Source of the DNA: Dehalococcoidia bacterium
GTDB taxonomy: Bacteria; Chloroflexota; Dehalococcoidia; Lucifugimonadales; VXLM01
NCBI GenBank assembly: GCA_965247555.1
Contig: CBDFHR010000009.1
Span: 1,876,045 to 1,940,044, forward strand
Direction of reading: 5' to 3'
Length of the DNA: 64,000 nucleotides
Each line of letters starts with the position of its first letter. The stretch's first letter is position 1. Positions 8,618 to 16,993 of the stretch are shown piece by piece. The position numbers and the translations under genes were made by a program. The notes under the pieces are model-generated. The model did not search any database, had not been told where the DNA came from, and saw only the letters and a list, made by a program, of their open reading frames with translations.

Positions 8618-9055
8618 ATGCTACGACAGCGCACTCATCACAGCAGAATCACCTACGTCTTCCCAGACGACTTCCCGCACCGACTTGAGCGGTTCAAAGA
8701 GGAGTCCGGCCTGTCATGGGCGGAGGTCGCCCGCCGTCCGGGGATCTCTCCCCTCAACATGAGACGCTGGAAGGCTGGGGTGCGGCCCAATCTGCGGCAT
8801 CAGGTCGCGCTGCTGGAGCTGGCCGACCAACTGGACCTCGGCCACCTGCTGACCGACTGGAGACGCGGCATGGGACGGCCGGCCCGTCCGGGAGCAACTG
8901 AGGCTCTGCGAGGGTTCGCAGGCCCACCGCGCCACCCCGGCGCAAGAACCCAAGGGAGAAGACGGCACGTCGGTGAAGCGGCGGATCAGGGACTGGAACG
9001 CAAAAGGGCCGCATACATGGGCGCAGAGGGGGAGGACGCCGGACTGCATAGTTAG
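8618..9055 (+). CDS. Small HTH DNA-binding protein (XRE-like); the 3' half is probably read-through
   Basis: The HTH-like core is FKEESGLSWAEVARRPGISPLNMRRWKAGVRPNLRHQVALLELADQLDLGHLL. ATG 8618 was chosen. Residues after ~85 are low-complexity. Confidence 0.45.
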   Translation: MLRQRTHHSRITYVFPDDFPHRLERFKEESGLSWAEVARRPGISPLNMRRWKAGVRPNLRHQVALLELADQLDLGHLLTDWRRGMGRPARPGATEALRGFAGPPRHPGARTQGRRRHVGEAADQGLERKRAAYMGAEGEDAGLHS

Positions 9056-9130
9056 ACCCGGTGAGCTAATCCGGATGCTGTACTATGGGGACAACTGGGA
9101 GTCAAGCATATAATTCCTCTTAGATTTGGC

Positions 9131-10087
9131 TCACCAACGTCTCTCCACATAAGCCTGCCACGCATCCCTCGACGAGTACCGCGGCCTGAATCCCATCTCG
9201 CGCTGAATCTTCTCCGTGCTTGCGACCCAAGGGTATCGGATCATGTCGAGACCCATCGCCGGCGAGTCCGATTGCAGCCTGAGCGACCACGTGAGCTGCG
9301 TGAGAGGGTGGAGCAGCCATGCAGGCATCGATAGGACGCGCCTGCCGCGCGCGGATGCCATCTCGTGCCAGCCCATCGACCCTGCTCCCGCCAGGTTATA
9401 CAGTCCCTCGGCGTTCCCCAACACTGCCAGAGTCAGGCAGCGGACCATATCCTCTTCGTGAATAAGCTGCATCGGTGGATTCGCGCCGGAGATGGCGACG
9501 AGGAACGGCTTACTGAAAGCGCCGGCGATGAAGTTGTTGGCGTTTGCTCCCATGATCGGGCAACATCTCAAGATGCACACGGCCGCCCCGGGCAAAGCCG
9601 AGGTGTACTCGTCTAGGAGTCGCTCCGACACCAGCTTGTCCTCGCTGTACTGGAAACCTCCCACGGGACGGGCGGGCATTTCCTCGGTTAACGCTTGTGG
9701 ATTGTCCGGGTGCGCGCCGTACACGCTCGTGCTGCTCAGATAGACTATCCGCCGGACACCGCCGCGACGGCAGGCGTCAATGGTGTTGCGGGTGCCGTCC
9801 ACGTTGACGCGCCGGTTTGCCTCTCGATTCCGGCCCTGCCGCAACACATACGCCAGGTGCACTACCGTGTCCACCTCGTGCTCCGCGAACAGCGCCGGAA
9901 ACGGCTCGGACACGTCCTGCCGCACGAATGACACTTTGCTGCCGAGGTCCCGATTCGGCTCCCTCACGTCGACCGCGACGATACTGCCCACGTCCTCGCG
10001 CTGCACGAGTTGACGAATCAGCACCGTCCCGACGTATCCCGATGCCCCTGTCACGCCGATGCGGCGTGATTTCTCATCCATCCGCAA
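9131..10087 (-). CDS. NAD-dependent epimerase/dehydratase (extended SDR)
   Basis: VTGASGYVGTVL Rossmann motif and YSEDK catalytic motif. It overlaps the upstream gene by 14 nt. Confidence 0.88.
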   Translation of the reverse strand: MRMDEKSRRIGVTGASGYVGTVLIRQLVQREDVGSIVAVDVREPNRDLGSKVSFVRQDVSEPFPALFAEHEVDTVVHLAYVLRQGRNREANRRVNVDGTRNTIDACRRGGVRRIVYLSSTSVYGAHPDNPQALTEEMPARPVGGFQYSEDKLVSERLLDEYTSALPGAAVCILRCCPIMGANANNFIAGAFSKPFLVAISGANPPMQLIHEEDMVRCLTLAVLGNAEGLYNLAGAGSMGWHEMASARGRRVLSMPAWLLHPLTQLTWSLRLQSDSPAMGLDMIRYPWVASTEKIQREMGFRPRYSSRDAWQAYVERRW

Positions 10088-10445
10088 CTTCGTCGGTGAA
10101 GTCGAACCTCATGGTGCCAAGTCCAGGAACGTCGAAACCCATTTCTACAGTGTGGACGCCGGGATCCAGAACTGCGCCGTCGGTCCAAATGGTGATCGTC
10201 TTGTTGACCTCTAGGGTGAAGGTTTTGTCCGGGGATACGTCGCTGAAGGGGGTCTCCTTGCCGTCGATAATGAAGTAGCTCCGTTCGGCCGGGATTTCTT
10301 CTCCGTCAAGCTTTAGCGGCCACACCTTCTGCGAGTAGCCGGAGCCGAGGCTGTTCCTGAATTCGAATTCGAAGCCTCCCGCAGCGTTCTTCAAGCTGCC
10401 CTTCACGTACAGACGACGAAGGAGAAATCCGGGTACGGAAACCAT
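10074..10445 (-). CDS. Hypothetical protein (123 aa) within the sugar operon
   Basis: Non-repetitive, beta-rich-looking sequence that is translationally coupled to the epimerase gene. No family recognised. Confidence 0.55.
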   Translation of the reverse strand: MVSVPGFLLRRLYVKGSLKNAAGGFEFEFRNSLGSGYSQKVWPLKLDGEEIPAERSYFIIDGKETPFSDVSPDKTFTLEVNKTITIWTDGAVLDPGVHTVEMGFDVPGLGTMRFDFTDEVADG

Positions 10446-10484
10446 GTGCCAGTCCTCGATAACGTGGAGTCGGTTACTATGAGT

Positions 10485-11144
10485 CTAGCGCATTTTCTCG
10501 CGTCGGGCAGCCCTTCGCATCTCGAATATGGCGGCCTCGGAAGCCACCACTTCGTCGGGTAGGGTAGTGGGGCTCCCCAGAATGGAGGAAAGAACGAAAA
10601 TCTGGGCGACCCGCTCGGTCAGAATCGACGCCTTCAACGCGGCTTCTGGATCTCTCCCCACCGCGACCGCACCATGGTTGCGGATCAGGGCGGCGTCACG
10701 ATTGCCGAGTGCGTCGCATACCCGTTCGGCCACTGTTTCCGATGCCGGAGGCGCGTACTCCGACACTCTCACCGCACCGCCCAGATTTACCACCATCTCG
10801 TCGACAATCGGAGGTATCGCCAGACCCGCAGCCGCGACCGCGCTCGAATACACTGCATGCGTGTGTACGATGCCCCCGACGTCCGGGCGAGCCGCGTAGA
10901 TGGCGACGTGAAGCAACGACTCGGACGACGGCATCAAGTCCCCCTCCACGGGATTCAGATCGCCGTCCACAACCACGATATCGTCCGCCGTCATTCCCTC
11001 GTAGCTCTTGCCCATGGGGGTAATCGCCATGAGACCGTCCGACAGCCGCGCGCTCACATTCCCGCTCGTTCCTGAGACGAGATCGAGTTCCGCCATCCTC
11101 CTGGCGACCTCGGCTACCTGCTGCTTAGCTACTTCCAAGCTCAT
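10485..11144 (-). CDS. Class II aldolase/adducin-family protein (fuculose-/ribulose-phosphate aldolase/epimerase-like)
   Basis: GTSGNVSARL and HTHAVYSSAVAA (metal-binding His cluster); 219 aa. Confidence 0.88.
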   Translation of the reverse strand: MSLEVAKQQVAEVARRMAELDLVSGTSGNVSARLSDGLMAITPMGKSYEGMTADDIVVVDGDLNPVEGDLMPSSESLLHVAIYAARPDVGGIVHTHAVYSSAVAAAGLAIPPIVDEMVVNLGGAVRVSEYAPPASETVAERVCDALGNRDAALIRNHGAVAVGRDPEAALKASILTERVAQIFVLSSILGSPTTLPDEVVASEAAIFEMRRAARREKMR

Positions 11145-11153
11145 GCTATCGTC

Positions 11154-12656
11154 CTACATCGCCGCCGATTCCAAATGCATCGCCATTTCCGTCCAGCGTT
11201 GATAGTGATCGTCATACTCCGCCGACTCTACAGATTTCGGCTCAAGTGTCCTCGTTGCCGCAGTCGCCTCCGCCAAATCCAGAAGCGAATCGTGACCGTC
11301 CAATGCCGCCGCTGCCGTCACATACGCTCCCGCAGCCGTCACGTTCGGGAATGAGGCCACTTTGACCGGACGTCCCAGTACGTTCGGCAGCATTTCCACC
11401 CATGAAGACGTGGCTATCATACCGCCGCCGATCGCTATATTGGACGCGTGGACGCCGCCCAGGTCTTCCAGTTGTTCCAGATTCGCCCTCATCGCAAACG
11501 CTATGGACTCAAGGGCCGCCCTCGTCAGGTGGCCACGCCCGACGCCGCTGAACGTCATGGGCACGGGGAAGATGAAACCGCCGGCCCGCATACCGATTTT
11601 GCTCATGTCCATCCGTGACGCCCCCAAGAAAGCCAAGACGCCGTCCGATCCCACCGGCGCGTCACCGGCTGCCGTGTCCATTCTCGCGAACGGCCTGGCC
11701 TCTCCTGCCCACATAGTATCGGCAAGCCAGCGGTACGAGTTTCCCGCATCGCCGCACGTGCTCTCCAGACTCCACAGCGCCTCATCGACGTAGCAGCCGG
11801 TCCAGATCCGACGTCCCCCGTCGAACACTGGCGTGTCCGTCAGCATGAGAAGAGGTATGCTCCATCCGGCTACGATCCCTACTTGTTCCGCACGCGCAAC
11901 GCCAAGTCCCAGTAGGCCGCACTGAGTGTCCGCCGGCGAAAGTACGACGGGAACGCCGGCCGGAATGCCGGTTCTATCCGCGACTTCAGGTCGGACCAGT
12001 CCAATAGCTGTGCCCGCACTCTCAATGGGGACGCTGCCAATCGACCAGACCCCGAGTTCTTCGAATAGGTCCGTACACCATCGTCGTTCGCGGATATCGA
12101 GCAGCCCCGCCTCAGCCGCCAGCGTGGCCTCGCTGACAAGCTCTCCCGACAGCTTCCACCTCAGCCAGTCCGCCAGCGTGACAACCCGGTCGATTTTGTC
12201 GTATATGTCCGATTTGTGCTGCATGAACCAGCGCAGCTTGGCGGCCGTAAACAAAAAGGACGGCAGCCTCCCCGTAACACCGAAGACCCGTTCGACCATC
12301 GCATCGTCGATGGCCGCGCCCTCGAAGACCGCCCGAAGGTCGGTATTCGGACCTGCGTAAAGGACGCGATCATCCTTGTCAAGGAACACGACTCCCTGCC
12401 GCTGACTCGTGACCGTGATCGCCGCAATCCGGCGGTACTCCACCTTGCTTTCACCCACACACTCCGCGATGAGCCTTGCCGTCGAATCCCAGACACCATC
12501 CGCATCCAGCTCTCGCGCATATGGCGACGGCACACCGAGGTCAACGTAGCTCCAAGGGGTGGATCCTTGCACCAACACCTTGCCATTCGAGTCGAATACA
12601 AGGCACTGAATCCGGGTCGAACCCGCGTCCACGACGACTATGGCTCTGTCGCTCAC
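11154..12656 (-). CDS. FGGY-family carbohydrate kinase
   Basis: VVVDAGSTRIQCLVFD phosphate-1 motif, 500 aa, and a C-terminal IAIGGGMI..S.W motif. Confidence 0.88.
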   Translation of the reverse strand: MSDRAIVVVDAGSTRIQCLVFDSNGKVLVQGSTPWSYVDLGVPSPYARELDADGVWDSTARLIAECVGESKVEYRRIAAITVTSQRQGVVFLDKDDRVLYAGPNTDLRAVFEGAAIDDAMVERVFGVTGRLPSFLFTAAKLRWFMQHKSDIYDKIDRVVTLADWLRWKLSGELVSEATLAAEAGLLDIRERRWCTDLFEELGVWSIGSVPIESAGTAIGLVRPEVADRTGIPAGVPVVLSPADTQCGLLGLGVARAEQVGIVAGWSIPLLMLTDTPVFDGGRRIWTGCYVDEALWSLESTCGDAGNSYRWLADTMWAGEARPFARMDTAAGDAPVGSDGVLAFLGASRMDMSKIGMRAGGFIFPVPMTFSGVGRGHLTRAALESIAFAMRANLEQLEDLGGVHASNIAIGGGMIATSSWVEMLPNVLGRPVKVASFPNVTAAGAYVTAAAALDGHDSLLDLAEATAATRTLEPKSVESAEYDDHYQRWTEMAMHLESAAM

Positions 12657-13714
12657 CGAGTCTCCAAAACATCCGGATTAACGATGTTCAACGGTCTCTC
12701 CCCATCCAGGAACTGCAGAATATCGTCGGCCATCATCCTGGAGTAGCGCTCGATCGTCTCTTCAGTAGCTCCGCCCAAGTGGGGTGTCAGAATAATGTTG
12801 TCCAGCCCCAGCAGCGGATGATTGGGAGCGATAGGATGAGTCTCAAAGACATCCAGCGCCGCCCCGGCGATGCTCTTGCTTTTGAGCGCGGCCACAAGGC
12901 CGTCTCGATCCACGATTCTCGCGTCAGAGAGGTTCACCAGATACGCCGTTCGCTTCATCAGCGCGAGCTTGTGGGAGTCAATCAGCCGCTCGGTCTCGCT
13001 CGTAAGCGGCGCGTGTAGGGCTACAAAGTCCGAGCTTGCGAGTACCTCATCCACGTCCTTTAGACAGACCCCCTGTGGTGGATCGACTACGTAAGGATCG
13101 AACGCGATGCACTCCATGCCGATCGCCCCCGCCATCTCAGCCAGCCGTCGTCCGATGGCGCCGAGTCCCACGATGCCAAGCGTCCTGCCCGCAAGTTCCA
13201 CTCCCCGCAACTCAACATACGGCCCGACGGGATTGAGCCATCGACCCTCCATGACGTAGCTGTGGCTTTCCGGGATGCGCCTCGCCAGGGCGAGCATCAG
13301 CCCCAGCGCGTGTTCCGCAACGGCCTGTGCGTTCCTTCCCGGCGTGTTGACGACGACGACGCCGTTGGCCGTGGCAGCCTCGATATCGACGTGGTTCGTG
13401 GCCGCCCTGCAAATCCCCACGAACTTGAGGTCCGGGACAGCCTCGAACACCTCTTGAAAAACGAAGTCCAACTCAATCACCAAGACGGAAGCTCCCAGGC
13501 CGTTCAGCTTCCCCACCAACTCGTCCGGGTCGTGCAGCCGCCGCGAGTCCATCCAGCTTACATACTCGATATGGAGCTTGCCTGCCAAACGCTGCAGCTC
13601 TCGCTTGGCAAAGGGCGCGAGGATCAGGGCTTGAGGTTGGCCGCTCGGTTCAAGTGCTCTTATCACGTTCGATGTAACTTCCAAAATCGGGTTGGGGAGA
13701 ACCTTCGAAGGCAA
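12653..13714 (-). CDS. D-isomer-specific 2-hydroxyacid dehydrogenase (PGDH-like)
   Basis: GRTLGIVGLGAIGRRLA NAD motif and LTPHLGGAT catalytic His region. There is an ATGA overlap with the kinase gene. Confidence 0.9.
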   Translation of the reverse strand: MPSKVLPNPILEVTSNVIRALEPSGQPQALILAPFAKRELQRLAGKLHIEYVSWMDSRRLHDPDELVGKLNGLGASVLVIELDFVFQEVFEAVPDLKFVGICRAATNHVDIEAATANGVVVVNTPGRNAQAVAEHALGLMLALARRIPESHSYVMEGRWLNPVGPYVELRGVELAGRTLGIVGLGAIGRRLAEMAGAIGMECIAFDPYVVDPPQGVCLKDVDEVLASSDFVALHAPLTSETERLIDSHKLALMKRTAYLVNLSDARIVDRDGLVAALKSKSIAGAALDVFETHPIAPNHPLLGLDNIILTPHLGGATEETIERYSRMMADDILQFLDGERPLNIVNPDVLETR

Positions 13715-13886
13715 GGCTGGTCTTCAGACAGCAATTCGGTAGACTCAATGTGGTGTCATATGATTCGGAAGCATAAACCGCATCAATAGGATAGCATTGT
13801 GGGTATCCGCTAAACTCTCGCTTCGATTTAGACAGAATGCTCCGAGCCACCCACAGGCCTTGTGTGGTCTTCCTGACGGAAGGTTG

Positions 13887-14312
13887 TCACAGCGGATTGC
13901 GCCAGCGCAGGCCTGGAAAGCGGCTGAAGTCCGTGTCGTTGGAGTGGACTTCAGCCTGATATTCCATGGCGACCGCGGCTATATGCGAGTCGGTCACCAG
14001 GTTTGCCCCGACTCCTGCCGCGAGGAGATTCCGACGGAAATGGACCAAGTGGTCGGCTCCGGGGTTGATTGGCATGACGTGCGGGAACCGAAACCACTCG
14101 GAAACGTAATCGACCGCTTGCGCCGGGGTTACGGGACTGACGAGCACCCTGGGGTGAGTCATCAACCGCACGAAACCTGCTGACACGACCCATGGAACCC
14201 CGATTCTCTCTGAACCGTTGATAAGACCTTCCCACCAACGTCTAGCCGAGTCGTAGAAAGGAGCCCCGTCATTGTGGGCATAGACGAGCAGGTTGACGTC
14301 CGGGACTATCAA
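13887..14312 (-). CDS. vapC: PIN-domain toxin (VapC family)
   Basis: MIVPDVNLLVYA (Asp5), TDSHIAAVA and SNDTDF acidic residues. There is a 4-nt overlap with the upstream antitoxin gene. Confidence 0.88.
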   Translation of the reverse strand: MIVPDVNLLVYAHNDGAPFYDSARRWWEGLINGSERIGVPWVVSAGFVRLMTHPRVLVSPVTPAQAVDYVSEWFRFPHVMPINPGADHLVHFRRNLLAAGVGANLVTDSHIAAVAMEYQAEVHSNDTDFSRFPGLRWRNPL

Positions 14313-14572
14313 ATCGCGCTCGGCGCGCCACCGAAGGTCTCGGCTTCAAGTTGGTCGTTAATTTGATTCAGCTTCGTCGGATCGATTCCCGGAGCTAGTG
14401 CGCTGTGGTTGGGAACGATTCGATATTCGGGAGTCGGGATATCTCCTACGTCGGGCGACATTCCGCGTCGCAGGGTGTCGTTTACCACCTGCTTGAATGT
14501 CCTATCCTGAAGCCGCGCCTGTTCTCGCAGTCGTTCGATTATGTCATCGTCTAATGTCAGCGTTGTTCTCAT
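14309..14572 (-). CDS. VapB-like antitoxin (87 aa)
   Basis: MRTTLTLDDDIIERLREQA.. is a typical N-terminus for this antitoxin class. ATG 14572 was chosen. The longer ORF-track start at 14815 adds non-homologous sequence. Confidence 0.8.
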   Translation of the reverse strand: MRTTLTLDDDIIERLREQARLQDRTFKQVVNDTLRRGMSPDVGDIPTPEYRIVPNHSALAPGIDPTKLNQINDQLEAETFGGAPSAI

Positions 14573-14855
14573 TGAGGCATCATAGTGCGTATTTATTGTG
14601 ATGTCAAGATGTGTGACTCGAGATCCATCCGTTCGGTTCTCAGTTTCCTCAATCCTTGACACCACCTCAGCAGAGAGTGATAGCCTTGAGTCCGCAATGA
14701 AGACAAGAACCGTCCTCGCCCGCTTCCTCACCGCCATGACCGGCCATATGGACACAGCCTCGGGGAGGACGTAACCGTCGATCACATCTCGCACAACCGG
14801 CAAGGGCCTTCCCACAACGGGGAGGCCCTTTCTTTAGTTCAGAGGAGCATCGCCA

Positions 14856-15629
14856 GTGAGTGATTGTCCTATCGACCAAACTTTCATCCGCGAGTCGTGG
14901 GAAGACCATGACCATATCAGAGACTATGTCGATGCGGTGGCGAACGTCGGTCTGTGGGAGTCGGAGCGAAGGCTGATCTCCAAGTACATTCCGCAGCAGG
15001 CCCCGATACTCGACATAGGCTGCGGAGCCGGACGCACGACGTTCGGCCTGTACGAGGCCGGCTATCGCAACATCATAGGCTGCGACCTGTCCGCCTCGAT
15101 GATCGACGCCGCCCGCCGCATCGCTCGTGAGCGCGACCTCCCCATCCCGTTCGACATCGTCGACGCCACGTCCATGCCCTATGAAGACGAACGCTTGGAG
15201 GGGGCATTGTTCTCAGGCCAGGGCCTTATGTGCATCCCCGGTCATGAACGCAAGCTGAATGCCCTGCGCGAGGTGCGACGTGTGCTCCGACCGGGCGGAC
15301 ACTTCATCTTTACGACGCACGACCGCGACTCGCCGGCCTTCGCTGACTTCTGGCGCGAGGAGAGAGCGAGGTGGGATCGAGGGGAACACGACCCGCGCCT
15401 CGCCCAGTTCGGCGACAGGCTGATAATCGACTCTTGCCGCCTCACCTACCTTCACTTTCCATCCCGGGCCGAGGTCAGTCGTCTCATCGCCGATGCCGGC
15501 ATGATACCCGTCGAAGATAGACTGCGTTCAGAGGTAGCCGTAGACTCGGAAGCCGCGCGAAAATTCAACTCGGACTGCATGATGTGGGTCGCCCGCCGCC
15601 CGGAGGATGATAACGAGGTCGCTAACTGA
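14856..15629 (+). CDS. Class I SAM-dependent methyltransferase
   Basis: Motif I ILDIGCGAGRTT. GTG start, with AGAGGAG 9 nt upstream. Confidence 0.85.
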   Translation: MSDCPIDQTFIRESWEDHDHIRDYVDAVANVGLWESERRLISKYIPQQAPILDIGCGAGRTTFGLYEAGYRNIIGCDLSASMIDAARRIARERDLPIPFDIVDATSMPYEDERLEGALFSGQGLMCIPGHERKLNALREVRRVLRPGGHFIFTTHDRDSPAFADFWREERARWDRGEHDPRLAQFGDRLIIDSCRLTYLHFPSRAEVSRLIADAGMIPVEDRLRSEVAVDSEAARKFNSDCMMWVARRPEDDNEVAN

Positions 15630-15781
15630 GTCGGTACACCAACGAGCGGAACCAACTGAACACCGCGAGATTGACGCCTTGTCCTTCGCTGCACCTGCGG
15701 TCGCTTGCCTTGATTAGCACCATCCAGTGAACGTATCATGGCCGCAATCAGCACCGAGGCGACAAAAATCGATACACTTCT

Positions 15782-16993
15782 GTGATCCTACTACGCAACC
15801 ACTTCACGACAGTGCCGGCCCTTGCCGTAACCGGGCTGCTATTGCTGGCCTTCGTCGTCGTCACCATCCGGACCGCCACAGCCCAGACTACCACCCTTCC
15901 CACATGCGCCACCGGGACCGCCGTCCCCGATCCCGACAACAACCCCGGCCTCGTCTCCGACTGCGAGGCGCTGCTAGAGGCGCAAGACACCCTCGCCGGG
16001 ACCGCCGCCTTGCAAGGAATCGCTCCGCCGGCAACGGTTATTCCAACCGGCACGTCCCCACCTCCCACTCCCACGCCGGCCGTGTCGTCAGAACCACCAA
16101 ATGCAGACGACGAAGCCCAGGCCGGCGGCCTGTTCTCCGAGGTCGAGGGCGACCCGCCGCTCAGCACCGACGTTGAGATTCTCGCCAGCCGCTTGGTGGG
16201 GATCGACTTCGGACAGATCGTTCAGATCACGAATCCACCTATTGACCCCAAAGACTCCGTTACAGGGACTCCCCCGACACCTCATACGCTTGTGCTGAAC
16301 CTGTTTGACGATGTCGTCTTCACCGGCATCGTCGAGCACGTCGAGCCGACCGCGTCTGGTCATGCATTGTGGGGTAGCCTCCAGGGTGAGGAGTTGGGGA
16401 CCATGACCCTGGTGGTGAACGGCAAGATCGTGGTCGGCACAGTGAGAACGCCCGATGCAGTCTACTCCATCAGGACCGCCGGCGATGGCAAATATGTCAT
16501 TCGTCAGATCGACGAGTCCTCTTTGCCACCGTTGGGTGAGCCACTCGACGTTCCATCATCCCCACGAGACGCTCCTTCCCAAGCAGGTGACATCCCTCCG
16601 GACGACGGCTCAGTGATAGACGTGATGGTGGTGTACACGCCCTTGGCCAAGCATCGCGAAGGTGGCAGAGCGGCCATTGAGGCTCTGATCGATCTCTTCG
16701 TCACGGAGACGAATCAGGCATACACCAACAGCGGGGTGATTCATCGGATCAGGTTGGTGCTGAGGAAAGAGGTGGACTACGTCGAGGATGAGGACTCCGG
16801 TATTGATCTTGGTAGGCTACGAGACGATTCGGATGGGTACATGGATCATGTCCACGGGCTGCGCGATGCGTACGCGGCAGACCTCGTTCATATTGTGGTA
16901 GGCAGAGGCAACGTGGGCGGTTTAGCGCCGGCTGTTGGCGGGGACGAGTCGTTCGGTTTTGCCCTCACTAACGGCCCCAGAGGAGAGGCCTGA
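15782..16993 (+). CDS. N-terminal part of a secreted zinc metalloprotease-LRR protein (frame 2; disrupted)
   Basis: Signal peptide (LAVTGLLLLAFVVVTIRTATAQ), a Cys-capped CEALLEAQDTLAG motif, then the start of a reprolysin-like domain. It ends at TGA 16991-16993, just before the HExxH motif, which lies in frame 1. Confidence 0.8.
   Translation: MILLRNHFTTVPALAVTGLLLLAFVVVTIRTATAQTTTLPTCATGTAVPDPDNNPGLVSDCEALLEAQDTLAGTAALQGIAPPATVIPTGTSPPPTPTPAVSSEPPNADDEAQAGGLFSEVEGDPPLSTDVEILASRLVGIDFGQIVQITNPPIDPKDSVTGTPPTPHTLVLNLFDDVVFTGIVEHVEPTASGHALWGSLQGEELGTMTLVVNGKIVVGTVRTPDAVYSIRTAGDGKYVIRQIDESSLPPLGEPLDVPSSPRDAPSQAGDIPPDDGSVIDVMVVYTPLAKHREGGRAAIEALIDLFVTETNQAYTNSGVIHRIRLVLRKEVDYVEDEDSGIDLGRLRDDSDGYMDHVHGLRDAYAADLVHIVVGRGNVGGLAPAVGGDESFGFALTNGPRGEA

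Noticed and set aside
16972-16993. Programmed ribosomal frameshift as the explanation for the split metalloprotease-LRR gene.
   Set aside because: There is no slippery heptamer or downstream structure at the overlap. An indel in a G/C-rich run (mutation or sequencing error) is the simpler explanation.
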